Shown piece by piece: positions 26,258 through 36,798 of a DNA stretch of 64,000 nucleotides. Origin of the DNA: an uncultured Acidimicrobiales bacterium. GTDB taxonomy: Bacteria > Actinomycetota > Acidimicrobiia > Acidimicrobiales > Aldehydirespiratoraceae. The notes beneath the pieces were generated by a model, which did no database searches, was not told where the DNA came from, and saw only the letters and a list, made by a program, of their open reading frames with translations. The number at the start of each line of letters is the position of its first letter. Within the stretch, counting starts at the first letter, position 1. The stretch is taken from contig CATOTC010000005.1 of assembly GCA_951812975.1 (NCBI GenBank), positions 242,773-306,772 on the forward strand, written 5' to 3'. A program made the position numbers and the translations under genes.

Positions 26258-28066
26258 TCAGCCCTCGTCTATCCAGACGTTGTGGTAGAAGCCGCGTCCC
26301 TGATTATTGCAGACCAGGACGGTGTCGTCAGGCCCGGTCTGGCCGCAGATGTTCTTCACGGCGTTGCGGAAGCCGACAGTCCAGTTGGTATGCGTCAAGA
26401 AGATGTAGGAGTAGGTCGACTGAATCTCAGCCTGGATCCCCTGCATGATCTCGACACGGCGGTCCAGGTCTGCTGTGGCACGCTGCTCGAACAGCAGCGC
26501 ATCACGGTCCTCGTTGCACAGACGGACCCAGTTGAGCGTGATCACGCCGGTGGCGGTCGCACACTCGAGCCAGACGACCTCGTTGTCGGGGTCGACCGCC
26601 CCGAACTGACGCCAGGTCACCACTTGGAACTGCCCGATGGCAGTCTGCAGGATGTGCTGGTCCTGAGGCAGCTGCTGGCGCTCGACCTGGAAGTACGGTT
26701 CCCAACCGGCGGACAACACATCCATGATCCGGGTCTGGAGCGTTGAGGGGCCGGAGAACTGGAGTTCGATGTTGACCTTGCCGCCGCTGCAGTTCTCGGG
26801 GAAGTCGGCACAGTAGGCGTCCACGAGCGGCCCGGCCCGGTCTGCCATGTTGCCTTCCTGGACGACGTCGGGATTGTTCCAGGTCAGGTCCGGGTGGTAC
26901 ATCGAGTCGGCGAAAGGCCTGGTGCCCTGCCCGATCAGGTCGTGGTACGCCTGGCGGTCCGTGGCGAAAGTCAATGCCTGACGCACGCGGAGGTCGTCCA
27001 TCGGAGCTGCGCGTGTGTTCAACATGATGAAGTCTTCACCGGAGTACAGATTCTCGAACGTCGACACATCCTCGGCGTCGCGCAGGGTGAGTGTCGCGTC
27101 CGCGTTGGACGTGACCACAACATCGAGTTCACCCGCTGCAACCTGCTCGGCTGCAAGAGCGGTATCGGTCGTGATGAAGATCTCGATGGCGTCGAGATAG
27201 ATGTCGTCGGTCCCCCGCCAGTAGTCGGGGTTCCTGACCAGCTTGGTGGACACGTCCTGGGTGCGGCTCTCGAGCATGAACGGGCCGGTGCCGACCGGTG
27301 CCTGGTTGAGGCTGTCGTCCTCAGCGGCTGCAGCCAGCCAGGTCGGTGAGGCCACCATGCCCAACTGGGAGGTCAGATTGATCGGGAAGTGGGCCGACGG
27401 ACGGATCAGGTTGTATTGAAGGGTCAGGTCGTCGATCTTCTCGTAGCGGTTCTCGGCGGGATAGCTCGGCACGATCGCCAGCGAGATGATCGGGTCGGTG
27501 ATCGCCGTCTCGAAGTTGGCGATCAGCGCATCAGCGTTCAGGGGTGTTCCGTCGTGGAAGGTGATGCCCTCGCGGACCTTCACCTGCCAGGACGATCCGT
27601 CACCGATCTTCGTGGCCGATTCAGCCAGGAAGGGGAACCAGTTGCCGTCCTTGTCGATATAGAACAGCGGGTCGAACATGGCGAATCCCATGGTGTAGGC
27701 CGACACCGCGAAGTTGTTGGCGGCAGGGTTGAGACCATCGGTCTCCGCTTCCACCGCAATCCGCAACGTCCCGCCCCGCACTGGCTGTGGAGCCTCGTCG
27801 TCTCCGGTGGTCGGCTCATCACAGGCATCACCGATGCAGACATTGCCTTCGGTGACGTCTTCGACCGGCGCCGCGGTGGTCGACGGGGCGTCATCGCCAT
27901 CGTCATCGCCATCGCCATCGTCACCGTCATCGCCGACGGCAACATCGCCGCCGTCGTCGCCTGTGGTGCCATCGTCATCGCCGCCGCAGGCGACGGCAAC
28001 GAGACACAACGCAAGAAGTAGCGCAAGAAGCTGCCCAAACACTGTGGGCCTAGTACGGGATCTCAT
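26258..28066 (-). CDS. ABC transporter substrate-binding lipoprotein, family 5 (OppA/DppA-like) with Asp/Gly-rich linker
   Basis: Signal peptide + LVAVAC lipobox. SBP_bac_5 features. DGDD repeats encoded by GATGGCGATGAC repeats around 27890-27960. Confidence 0.85.
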   Translation of the reverse strand: MRSRTRPTVFGQLLALLLALCLVAVACGGDDDGTTGDDGGDVAVGDDGDDGDGDDDGDDAPSTTAAPVEDVTEGNVCIGDACDEPTTGDDEAPQPVRGGTLRIAVEAETDGLNPAANNFAVSAYTMGFAMFDPLFYIDKDGNWFPFLAESATKIGDGSSWQVKVREGITFHDGTPLNADALIANFETAITDPIISLAIVPSYPAENRYEKIDDLTLQYNLIRPSAHFPINLTSQLGMVASPTWLAAAAEDDSLNQAPVGTGPFMLESRTQDVSTKLVRNPDYWRGTDDIYLDAIEIFITTDTALAAEQVAAGELDVVVTSNADATLTLRDAEDVSTFENLYSGEDFIMLNTRAAPMDDLRVRQALTFATDRQAYHDLIGQGTRPFADSMYHPDLTWNNPDVVQEGNMADRAGPLVDAYCADFPENCSGGKVNIELQFSGPSTLQTRIMDVLSAGWEPYFQVERQQLPQDQHILQTAIGQFQVVTWRQFGAVDPDNEVVWLECATATGVITLNWVRLCNEDRDALLFEQRATADLDRRVEIMQGIQAEIQSTYSYIFLTHTNWTVGFRNAVKNICGQTGPDDTVLVCNNQGRGFYHNVWIDEG

Positions 28067-28160
28067 TTCTTTTCTCCTCCAGGAATCACAATCGGTCTGT
28101 GACTCACGCCACAAGGTCTAGCACCTCGGAGCGCGATTTGGGTACGCCACAAGCAATGAA

Positions 28161-28232
28161 CCGTTCCCCGGCTCCGGCCACGCCCGGCGAAGACACCGTT
28201 CCCCGGCTCCGGCCACGCCCGGCGAAGACACT
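28161..28232. repeat. 36-bp tandem repeat x2 (CCGTTCCCCGGCTCCGGCCACGCCCGGCGAAGACAC), member of the dispersed GGCTCCGGCCACGCCCGGC family
   Basis: Two perfect adjacent copies in the intergenic region between two minus-strand genes. Core shared with the 42763-43035 array. Confidence 0.9.
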
Positions 28233-28240
28233 CTCACAGG

Positions 28241-29020
28241 TCACGGATGTTGGCTGCTCACCGAGACGACCTCGCCTGTCATGTAGGACGACAAGTCGCT
28301 CGCCAAGAAAACCATCACGTTACCGACCTCCCAGGGCTCAGCGGCGCGGCCGAACGCTTCGCTTCTCGACAGGTCTCCAAGCAGTGCTTCATCGGTCACC
28401 TTGGCAAGGAACGGGTGCATCGCGATGCTCGGCGCCACCGCGTTCACGCGGATGCCATGCTCGGCAGCCTCAATGGCCGAACAGCGAGTCAGTGCCATCA
28501 CCCCCGCCTTCGCCGCTGCGTAATGGCACTGCCCCGCTTGGGCCCGCCACCCCACGACCGACGCATTGTTGACTATCGCGCCCTGCGTTCCGGCTTCGAT
28601 CATGTGGCGCAGAACCGCACGTGTGCAGCGCATCGTGCCGTCGAGGGTGACTCCCAAGACCGCATTCCACTGCTCGTCGGTCATGTCGACGAGCGCAACG
28701 GTCCCGCCGAGCCCTGCGTTGTTCATCATCACATCGATTCCGCCGAGGCCGCTGACCGCCGCCTCGACCAGAGCCGCGACGTCCTCTTCTAGCGTGACAT
28801 TGCAGACCGCGGTCAACGGGCGGTCCCCCGTCTCGTGCGCGAGTCGGTCGGCTGTCTCGTCCAGGCGCCGCTCATGAATGTCGGAGATGAGCACCTCCGC
28901 CCCCTCGACCAGGCAGCGCTTGGCCACCGCAGAACCGATCCCGGTGCCCGCAGCCGCGGTCACGACCACACGTTTGCCGCCAAGCAGGCCCCGACCCTGC
29001 GGTTCAGGCCCCGCAGACAT
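28241..29020 (-). CDS. SDR family oxidoreductase (3-oxoacyl-ACP reductase-like)
   Basis: TAAAGTGIG motif, NNAG, YAAAKAG. Confidence 0.85.
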   Translation of the reverse strand: MSAGPEPQGRGLLGGKRVVVTAAAGTGIGSAVAKRCLVEGAEVLISDIHERRLDETADRLAHETGDRPLTAVCNVTLEEDVAALVEAAVSGLGGIDVMMNNAGLGGTVALVDMTDEQWNAVLGVTLDGTMRCTRAVLRHMIEAGTQGAIVNNASVVGWRAQAGQCHYAAAKAGVMALTRCSAIEAAEHGIRVNAVAPSIAMHPFLAKVTDEALLGDLSRSEAFGRAAEPWEVGNVMVFLASDLSSYMTGEVVSVSSQHP

Positions 29021-29952
29021 CAGTTGCCGCTCGCAGACTCGACGTTCAGCGCCATCTCGGCCATCCGACGCTCGAGATCGGCAATGAAGGGATTCGGTTC
29101 CTGTCCGACACCATCCGGCAGAGCCTCCGCTATCTGCTCACAGGTCCACCGATCACCGTCTGCGATCATCGTTCGTACTTCCATCGGCTGATTCCAGACA
29201 GAGATTCGCCTGCCCACGACCGTGTAGATCTGCGCGTTCACGTGGCGACCGGCATCGCTCAGCAGATAGATGGCCATTGGCGCCACATCCTCAGGTTCAC
29301 CTGTCTCGATCTCAAAAGGCACGTTCTCGCTCATGCGTGTCTTTGCCACCGGAGCAATGCAGTTGGCGTTGATCTCGGGTCCGCCCCGGAGTTTCAGGCT
29401 CGCCGCGGTCATCGCGGCCGAGCGGGTGAGGCTGACAATCCCGCCTTTGGCCGCCGAGTAGTTCGCCTGAGCTGTGGAGGCGGTGAACGCCCCCGAAGTG
29501 AAACCAACCAGCGAGCCACCGGTCTGTTGTTTGCGCATATGCGCCAGCGCCGCGCGGTAGACGTTGAAGTGCCCCTTCAGATGCACCGCGACGACATGGT
29601 CCCACTCGTCCTCGCTCATGTTGAAGAGCATCCGTTCCCGCAGGACCCCTGCTGGGCAGACAACGCCGTCGATCGTTCCCCAATTGTCGCAGGCAGCGGC
29701 CACCACCTCTTCGCCGACTTCGAATTCGCTGATGTCACCCGCCACAGCAACGGCCTGTCCGCCCAGTGCGGTGATCTCGGCCACTGCACTGTCGGCGACT
29801 TCACTTGTCGGGTTGCTGCCGTCCATCGCCACGCCATAATCGGCAACGACGATGTTGGCACCCTCGGCCGCTGCGGCCAGAGCTATGGCCTTGCCGATCC
29901 CCGCACCCGCTCCCGTAATCGCAATGTTCTTTCCATCGAGGAATCTGGACAC
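29020..29952 (-). CDS. SDR family oxidoreductase with C-terminal extension
   Basis: ITGAGAGIGKA motif, YSAAKGG. Confidence 0.85.
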   Translation of the reverse strand: MSRFLDGKNIAITGAGAGIGKAIALAAAAEGANIVVADYGVAMDGSNPTSEVADSAVAEITALGGQAVAVAGDISEFEVGEEVVAAACDNWGTIDGVVCPAGVLRERMLFNMSEDEWDHVVAVHLKGHFNVYRAALAHMRKQQTGGSLVGFTSGAFTASTAQANYSAAKGGIVSLTRSAAMTAASLKLRGGPEINANCIAPVAKTRMSENVPFEIETGEPEDVAPMAIYLLSDAGRHVNAQIYTVVGRRISVWNQPMEVRTMIADGDRWTCEQIAEALPDGVGQEPNPFIADLERRMAEMALNVESASGN

Positions 29953-29990
29953 TTACCGGTCTCCTGGAGTTGGACGAATAAGGTTGAAGA

Positions 29991-30581
29991 CTAGGCCAGT
30001 GCCTTGTCCACAGCCATCATTCGCACCGCGTGCCGCAGTTCCTCCTCAACACTTCCCGCCGGCGTCAGACCGCCTACCCACCTGCTGGTCGCCGAGAACC
30101 AGACATGGCGGACAACTCGGGCGACACCGACGGCATCAATCTCGGGGTCGTCACCCAAGGCGGTGACGATGAACTGCTGAACCTCCGATTCGACCGCAAG
30201 CCGGTATTCCGCTGCGGCGGGATCGGTGGTGTTGAAAGCGGTGAACAGAGCGCTCATGAGCATCGGCGTGCGTTCAGCCATCTCAGCGGCGCCTGCCAAG
30301 AGCGCAACCAAACGATCGGCTGCGGGTGTCTGTTCAACCGGACGGGACTCGAGTCCTTCACGAACCCTCTGAATCCAGCTCACCAGTCCAGCCAACAGCA
30401 TGTCGTCCTTGCCGTTGAAGTATCGGTAGATGGTGCCGAGCGACACTTCAGCGCGTTCTGCCACCGCCCTCATCTGTACCGCCTCGTAACCTCCCTCCGC
30501 GGCCATCCGCATCGACGCTTCCATGATGCGTGAACGACGGGCCTCTCGACCCGCGGCTGCTTTCGTTCCCCTCAGAGCCAT
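29991..30581 (-). CDS. TetR/AcrR family transcriptional regulator
   Basis: N-terminal HTH (VQMRAVAERAEVSLGTIYRYF). Confidence 0.85.
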   Translation of the reverse strand: MALRGTKAAAGREARRSRIMEASMRMAAEGGYEAVQMRAVAERAEVSLGTIYRYFNGKDDMLLAGLVSWIQRVREGLESRPVEQTPAADRLVALLAGAAEMAERTPMLMSALFTAFNTTDPAAAEYRLAVESEVQQFIVTALGDDPEIDAVGVARVVRHVWFSATSRWVGGLTPAGSVEEELRHAVRMMAVDKALA

Positions 30582-30607
30582 AGACCCAAATCATCGCGGA
30601 CCACTCA

Positions 30608-30624
30608 GCAATACATGTAATCGC
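30608..30624. promoter_or_regulatory. near-palindrome GCAATACATGTAATCGC (core TACATGTA) in the TetR / Crp divergent intergenic region; candidate operator
   Basis: Perfect 8-bp palindrome TACATGTA at 30612-30619, in the 77-bp spacer between the divergent regulator genes. Confidence 0.3.
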
Positions 30625-30658
30625 TCAATCAGGATTCTGCACAAGCTACGGTCTTGCG

Positions 30659-31306
30659 ATGCACGGCGGTCTCATGGAGCGACTCGGGCCGGAAGCAGTC
30701 AAGTGGCGCAAACAAATGCACCGGCGTCGGTTCCGGCGTCGCGATGTGATCTTCCACCAGGGAGAAATCGGTGACACCGTCCATCTGATCGACAAGGGGC
30801 GAGTCCTCATCGAAGTCTCCATGGCGCGCGGGGACGTCGCTGCGCTGTCGGTTCGTTGGCCGGGCGAGATCATCGGCGAGCTCGCCGTGGTCGGTGCAGG
30901 CCGACGAACCGCTCGAGCCACAGCGCTTGAACCGACGGAGACTCTCGCTCTCACCCAGAAGATGCTCGCTGAGTTCCGCGCCGAGAACCCTGCGGTCGAC
31001 CGTTACTTCGTCGAGGTGCTTGCAGACAAGCTGATTCAAAGCAACGAACAGATGGTCGACATTCTGTTCGAGTCAGTGGAGACCCGCGTCATGAGGGTGT
31101 TGCTGCGCCTCGTCGCGGCCTTCGACAGAGGCAACCTTCCAATAGTGGTGGGGGTCCGACAAGCAGACATTGCTGCGATGGTCGGCGCCAGTCGTCAATC
31201 AGTGAACCAGTCACTGAAACTCGCTGAGTCCAGCGGAGTGATCCGGCTCCGGCGCGGCCACACCGAGATTCTCGACCTCGCCCGCCTGCAGAACCTGGCG
31301 CGCTGA
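30659..31306 (+). CDS. Crp/Fnr family transcriptional regulator
   Basis: cNMP-binding beta-roll (FHQGEIGDTVHLI...GELAV). C-terminal HTH (RQADIAAMVGASRQSVNQSL). Confidence 0.8.
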   Translation: MHGGLMERLGPEAVKWRKQMHRRRFRRRDVIFHQGEIGDTVHLIDKGRVLIEVSMARGDVAALSVRWPGEIIGELAVVGAGRRTARATALEPTETLALTQKMLAEFRAENPAVDRYFVEVLADKLIQSNEQMVDILFESVETRVMRVLLRLVAAFDRGNLPIVVGVRQADIAAMVGASRQSVNQSLKLAESSGVIRLRRGHTEILDLARLQNLAR

Positions 31307-31346
31307 GCGGAACCGGGATCAGGGTGCCTAGACCGGGGAGCCGAGA

Positions 31347-32654
31347 TCAGGGAGCCGCCGGAGGCGGCGGCAGCTGCGACGGCGACGACTCGTCGTCGGT
31401 GTCGTCTGGGCGCATGCTCGACAGGATGTCGATCCCGGTGGCCGCCTCAATCTGCTCTGAAAGGCTCACCACAGCGGCCGGAAGCTGCGAGACCAACGCG
31501 GGGATACCACCGCTGCTGTCGTTGTTGCCGCCGTCGACGACTGCGACCCGGTCGATCGACACGTTGTTTACCGTGGAGACGATCTTGTCGACAAGCTCGG
31601 GCAGCATGTTGAGCACGAAGATCCTCTGACCGTCCTCGCCCGCGAGTTGGTACTGGTCGGTGAGCCGCCGGAACACGTCGACCTGGGCTTTGCCGTCCTC
31701 GACGATCTTCGCCGCTTCCGCCTGGGCCTCAAGCTGCTTGGACTCGAGGTTGGCACGGGCCGGCGTGACCACGTCAGCTTCGAGGCGGCGACGCTCCAGT
31801 TCGATGCGCTGCTGCTCGAGCTCCTGCTCAGCGGTAGCCCTGGCGATGTCGCCCGCGACCGCTGCCTCCTCCTCTTTGGCACGGGCTATGGCGTCGAGCT
31901 CTGCGGTGCGCACTCGCAGGTTGTTCTGCTCCTCGACGATGTTGCGGTCGGCCTGCGCTTGAGCGATCTCGGCAAGTTCGCGCGCCTTCGCTTCGGCCTG
32001 TTCAGACTCCGACTGCCGGTTGGCCTCGGCCACCCGGGCCTCCTTGACGACCGTCGCGGTCAGTCGGCGACCGACCGACTCGAGGTAGAGGTTGTCGTCG
32101 GTCACGTTCTGGATCTTCATCACGTCGAGATCAAGCCCCAGAGTCTTGATGTCGTCATCGGCCTCGTCGATCAACTGCTGTGAGAACTTCAGGCGGTCCT
32201 CGTTGACCTCTTCAGGCGAGAGCGTGGCGAGCACCCCGCGGAGGTTGGCTTCGAGCGTCTCTTTGGCGATCTGGCCGATGTGCTGGTTCGGCACGTTCAA
32301 GAAACGCTCGGCGGCATTCTCCAGGACACCCTCCTTCGAGGAGACCTTCACATTGGCGATTCCCTGCACATTCAACGGAATCGTGCCCCGGGAGTAGGCA
32401 TTGGTGACCGACACCTCGAGCGGGATGGTGTTGAGGTCCATCCACGAGACCTTCTCAATGAGCGGAATGCGAACGGTGCGACCACCCTTGAGGATGCGAT
32501 ACCCGACTGTTCGCCCGTCGGACATCGTTCGACTGCGCCCCGAAATGACCGCAACCCGGTTGGGCGGGCAGATGATGATCAACGAACTGAGGATCATGAT
32601 CAGGAAGATCACTGCCACACCGATGGCCAAGCCACCTATCAAAAACAAACTCAT
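31347..32654 (-). CDS. SPFH/band-7 (flotillin-like) membrane protein
   Basis: N-terminal TM helix. SPFH domain. Long EA-rich coiled-coil region. Confidence 0.85.
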   Translation of the reverse strand: MSLFLIGGLAIGVAVIFLIMILSSLIIICPPNRVAVISGRSRTMSDGRTVGYRILKGGRTVRIPLIEKVSWMDLNTIPLEVSVTNAYSRGTIPLNVQGIANVKVSSKEGVLENAAERFLNVPNQHIGQIAKETLEANLRGVLATLSPEEVNEDRLKFSQQLIDEADDDIKTLGLDLDVMKIQNVTDDNLYLESVGRRLTATVVKEARVAEANRQSESEQAEAKARELAEIAQAQADRNIVEEQNNLRVRTAELDAIARAKEEEAAVAGDIARATAEQELEQQRIELERRRLEADVVTPARANLESKQLEAQAEAAKIVEDGKAQVDVFRRLTDQYQLAGEDGQRIFVLNMLPELVDKIVSTVNNVSIDRVAVVDGGNNDSSGGIPALVSQLPAAVVSLSEQIEAATGIDILSSMRPDDTDDESSPSQLPPPPAAP

Positions 32655-32729
32655 CTGTCTGTTCCTCCTGCGCCGAAGCGCTTTGTCAGCGGGCCTGAAC
32701 GGCCCCCGTGCGATCTACTCAAGTGCGAT

Positions 32730-33242
32730 CTACTCAAGCTTAAGGTCGGGACCGAGGGGAGCAACGAGGGCCACCCCGCGTTCGATCTTTACGATCACGA
32801 CCCGCTCCCCCGCCCCGATCGTCGAGCCGTCGATAGGAGACGCGGTCATCTGCTCGCGTGCGCCGGCGATATCGACGATGATCTTTCCGCGATACGACTC
32901 GCTGACTTCAAGGGCAACCTGCGCCATCGTCCCTTCAAGTTCTTCGTCCATCACCTCACTCGAAACTGAGTTTCTGCGGATCCACTTGAACACCTGCGTG
33001 CTCATCAGGCCCGCCAGGGCTGCGGCAACCGCCGAGGTCACGAACAGCGAGAACGCTCCGGCTCCCGTGGCGCCTCCCACCACGCCCACAAATCCGAAAG
33101 TCGCTGCGAAGAAGGCGATCGACGAGAGAGGAATGACAGAGAACGTGTCACCGCCCGCGTCGGCGTCAGCATCTCCCGCGAACACCAACCACAGCAGCAG
33201 CGGTCCACCTGCAGCGAGAAGAAAAATATAGAGTCCAGTCAT
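32730..33242 (-). CDS. NfeD-family membrane protein (flotillin partner)
   Basis: N-terminal TM helices plus C-terminal OB-fold-like domain. Directly upstream of, and co-directional with, the SPFH gene. Confidence 0.7.
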   Translation of the reverse strand: MTGLYIFLLAAGGPLLLWLVFAGDADADAGGDTFSVIPLSSIAFFAATFGFVGVVGGATGAGAFSLFVTSAVAAALAGLMSTQVFKWIRRNSVSSEVMDEELEGTMAQVALEVSESYRGKIIVDIAGAREQMTASPIDGSTIGAGERVVIVKIERGVALVAPLGPDLKLE

Positions 33243-33305
33243 GTCGATTCTTCCTGCACGGTACTACCGAACTCGGCGGTTCCGCTAGCGGGTAGGGTCT
33301 CCGCC

Positions 33306-34244
33306 GTGAATGTCATCGTCGTCAACAATCTCGGCATGGATTTTCCCGAGGAGATCACCTCGCTTCCGGGTCTCACCGAAGTCCGGATCGACCCGAATGC
33401 AGAGGTTCCCCACGGTCTGCGGGCTGATGTGATCTTCACCCACACGCGGGGCGCGCCGAACCTCGAAACGATCATCGCCTGCGGAGCGAGCTGGATCCAC
33501 GTGATGGGCGTGGGAATCGATGAGTTCCCCCTCGAGCTGGTCCAAGATGACCAGACTCTCACCTGTGCCCGGGGCTCCACTGCCACGCCTATCAGCGAGT
33601 TCGCTCTGGCAGCAATGTTGGGCCACGCTAAGGCGCTGCCCGATATCTGGATCAACGAGGTGCCCCCCAACGGATGGCACACCGGACCGAGAATAGGCGC
33701 GCTGAACGGGCACACCGTGGTAATCGTCGGCGTAGGAGGAATCGGTGCGGAGATCGCCCGGCTGTCGCTGGCCTTCGGCATGCGGGTGATCGGAGTTCGT
33801 CGGCGCCTGCTGCCGGCACCCCACGCGGGGATGGAGATCACCACCGACCTCAGCGAAGTCATCTCCGATGCGCACCATCTGGTGCTCGCCGCGCCCGCGA
33901 CCAGCGAAACCGTCGCGCTGCTCGACCACGACATGTTGGCTCGGGTCACGCCGGGGCTCCACATTGTCAACATCGCCCGCGGCACTCTGATCGATCAGGA
34001 GGCTCTGCGTGAGGCACTTGACGACGGTCGCGTGGCGAGAGCCTCGCTCGACGCTGTGGTACCCGAACCTCTACCCGACGGACACTGGCTCTTCACGCAT
34101 CGGAGCGTTCGCCTCTCGCCCCACATCTCATGGGCGGCACCCAACTCGGGCCACTCGATGTTCGACACGTTCATCGCCAACTACCACCGCCTCACAGCAG
34201 GCGAACCGCTCGACGGGATAGTCGACCTGGCACTGGGTTATTGA
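33306..34244 (+). CDS. D-isomer-specific 2-hydroxyacid dehydrogenase family protein
   Basis: GVGGIGAEIAR NAD-binding motif. Catalytic-domain residues present. Confidence 0.85.
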   Translation: MNVIVVNNLGMDFPEEITSLPGLTEVRIDPNAEVPHGLRADVIFTHTRGAPNLETIIACGASWIHVMGVGIDEFPLELVQDDQTLTCARGSTATPISEFALAAMLGHAKALPDIWINEVPPNGWHTGPRIGALNGHTVVIVGVGGIGAEIARLSLAFGMRVIGVRRRLLPAPHAGMEITTDLSEVISDAHHLVLAAPATSETVALLDHDMLARVTPGLHIVNIARGTLIDQEALREALDDGRVARASLDAVVPEPLPDGHWLFTHRSVRLSPHISWAAPNSGHSMFDTFIANYHRLTAGEPLDGIVDLALGY

Positions 34245-34275
34245 CCACAGGCGTGTCGCGCCTACGCTCGGTCAC

Positions 34276-35238
34276 ATGTCGTTCACCGCTTACTTTCACG
34301 AGGTCGCCGACGAGGTCCGCAACTGGGGGCGCTGGGGCGACGATGACCGCCTGGGCACGCTCAACCTGATAACCGACGAGGTGGTGGCTGACGCGGCGCG
34401 GCTCATCGAGACCGGTCAGCGGGTCCCGTTGGCGATCGACCTCCAGAACAACGGCGTGCAGATCGGGGCGATCCCGACCCGGATCAACCCGGTCCATGTC
34501 ATGGGAACGATCGACCACCCCGACCTCGGTGACGCCGACGGCAACGCCATGGTGCCCCACTTCTCCGACGACATGGTCACGATGGGTCTGCAGGCCGGGA
34601 CCCACTGGGACGGGCTCTCCCATGTCAGCTACGGCCACAAGCTCTACAACGGAGTCGACGCCGCCACCATCAGCGCCCGCAACGGCTCAGAGGTGCTCGG
34701 CATCGAGCATGTTCGCTCGTTGGTGGGCCGCGGCGTGCTGTTGGACATGTGCGGCTCGTTGGGCGTCGACCGGATCGGTGACGCCCATGAGATAACGGGC
34801 GCGGATCTCGATGCCGCGGCGCAGTGGGCCGGGGTCGAGATTCGCAGCGGCGACATCATCTTGATACGAACCGGCCGGATGCAGCTGTGGCTCAACGAGG
34901 GCGACGCCCACAAGTACAACATCGGCGAGAGCCTCGCCGGGGAGAGTCCCGGACCGGGTATCGACGCTGTGCGTTGGCTGCACCGCAACAACATCGCGGC
35001 GGCTGCCACCGACACCTTCATCTTCGAGGTGTTCCCCGGCCCCGACTGGAACAATGCGCTTGCGGTCCACTGCCTCGCCGTGGTCGACATGGGGTTCACG
35101 CAAGGTCAGAACTGGAACCTCGAGACTCTGGCCGAGGTATGCCGCGAGCAGCGGCGATACGAGTTCTTCCTGTCTGCCACGCCAGAACCGTTCGTGGGCG
35201 GGACCGGGGCCCCCGTCGCCCCCGTCGCCATCTTCTGA
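34276..35238 (+). CDS. cyclase family protein (kynurenine-formamidase-like)
   Basis: GTHWDGLSH motif of PF04199. Confidence 0.8.
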   Translation: MSFTAYFHEVADEVRNWGRWGDDDRLGTLNLITDEVVADAARLIETGQRVPLAIDLQNNGVQIGAIPTRINPVHVMGTIDHPDLGDADGNAMVPHFSDDMVTMGLQAGTHWDGLSHVSYGHKLYNGVDAATISARNGSEVLGIEHVRSLVGRGVLLDMCGSLGVDRIGDAHEITGADLDAAAQWAGVEIRSGDIILIRTGRMQLWLNEGDAHKYNIGESLAGESPGPGIDAVRWLHRNNIAAAATDTFIFEVFPGPDWNNALAVHCLAVVDMGFTQGQNWNLETLAEVCREQRRYEFFLSATPEPFVGGTGAPVAPVAIF

Positions 35239-35305
35239 TAGACCATAGGAAGAACAGACACCGTGCCGAAGACATGCTCACGGGCTCTGTTTTGGAGGTA
35301 AGCGA

Positions 35306-35719
35306 ATGGCACTCATCGAGCAGTTGGCGGAGATCGAACTCTTCTCGGAGTTGTCCAAGAGGGAACTCAAGAAGGTGGCGTCGTTCATTACGACAGTCCA
35401 TGTCAAGGCCGGTCGCAACCTGACCGTGCAGGGCCAACCGGGCCGCGAGTTCATGATCGTCAACGAGGGCGAGGCGACCGCTCGACGCAACGGCCGGGTG
35501 ATCGCACGCTTCGGACCCGGCGACTTCTTCGGCGAGCTTGCGGTCATTGCCGGTGTCCCCCGCACCGCCACCGTCACCGCCGACACCGACATGGTGATCG
35601 AGGCGCTCAACCGTCGTGAGTTCACCTCGCTGCTCGACGAGAGCGCGCTGGTCGCCCGCAAGGTGCTTGTCGGTGCGGTCAAACGCCTCCACGAAATCGA
35701 AGAGAGCGTCGTCAAATAG
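35306..35719 (+). CDS. cyclic-nucleotide-binding domain protein
   Basis: FGPGDFFGELAV beta-roll motif. Single-domain protein. Confidence 0.75.
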   Translation: MALIEQLAEIELFSELSKRELKKVASFITTVHVKAGRNLTVQGQPGREFMIVNEGEATARRNGRVIARFGPGDFFGELAVIAGVPRTATVTADTDMVIEALNRREFTSLLDESALVARKVLVGAVKRLHEIEESVVK

Positions 35720-35754
35720 TCGCAACCACCCCACGCAGTGAGCAACACCGATCC

Positions 35755-36798
35755 ATGACCGAAGGCCCACGCGGACTGAACGTGGATGCCGTTTCAGAAT
35801 GGCTCGCTTCGGCTGTTGCACAGCTCGATCCGCCGTTCGAGTTCGACTTGATCGCCGCGGGTGGTTCCAATCTGACCTACGACGTGAGGTCCGCCAACGG
35901 CAACCGCGTGGCGCTGAGACGACCTCCCGAAGGTTCGACTCTGGCAACCGCACACGACACTGATCGCGAGTACCGAGTCATGTCGGCACTGCACGCAGCG
36001 CAGGCGGTTCCAGTGCCGCAATGTCTCGCCCGCTGCGACGACGTCGCAGTTACCGGTGCTGCATTCATCGTGATGGACTTCGTCGATGGCCAGATCCTGC
36101 GTACCAGCGGCGACGCCGTCGCGTTGACTTCGGCACAGGCCGCCGCGGCCACCGCGGCCCTGATCAACGCACAGGTCTCCTTCCACACCGTCGATCTCCA
36201 AGCTGTCGGGCTCGCCAACATGGGACGCCACGATGGCTACGTCGCCCGTCAACTCAAACGATGGGTGACTCAAGTCGAAAGAGCCGACACTCGCCCCCTG
36301 CCGCTGTTGCACGAGCTTCACGGTGCGCTCAGCGCGCAGATTCCGCCGGAGCGGGCAGCACCGGGTTTGGCCCACGGGGACTACCGCTTCGACAACGTTG
36401 TTCTCGACGACAATTTCGATATCGCCGCGGTACTTGACTGGGAACTGTGTACCACCGGCGACCCCATCGCCGATTTTGCCTGGTCCGTGCAATATTGGGG
36501 GGATCCTGACGATCACATGTGGTGGTTGCCTGACCCGCCGACGCTGTCTCTGTCGTTTCCTCGCCGCGCCGAGGTAATCCGTCAATACCAGCAAACCACC
36601 GGATTCGACCTGTCCGACTATCCGTTCTACGAAGCATTCTCTTGGTGGAAGCAGGCCTGCATCGTGGAGGGCGCCTATGCCCGGAGGCTCCGCGGCAGTG
36701 CCGGAGGCATGGAGTCCAGCGGGCCAACCGCCGAGATTGCCAAGCGTGCCGATGCCATGTTCGAGCATGCGCACACGCTCGTTTCGGCACTCGACTAG
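35755..36798 (+). CDS. phosphotransferase family protein (APH-like kinase fold)
   Basis: HGDYRFDNVVL catalytic-loop motif and DWE motif. Confidence 0.8.
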   Translation: MTEGPRGLNVDAVSEWLASAVAQLDPPFEFDLIAAGGSNLTYDVRSANGNRVALRRPPEGSTLATAHDTDREYRVMSALHAAQAVPVPQCLARCDDVAVTGAAFIVMDFVDGQILRTSGDAVALTSAQAAAATAALINAQVSFHTVDLQAVGLANMGRHDGYVARQLKRWVTQVERADTRPLPLLHELHGALSAQIPPERAAPGLAHGDYRFDNVVLDDNFDIAAVLDWELCTTGDPIADFAWSVQYWGDPDDHMWWLPDPPTLSLSFPRRAEVIRQYQQTTGFDLSDYPFYEAFSWWKQACIVEGAYARRLRGSAGGMESSGPTAEIAKRADAMFEHAHTLVSALD

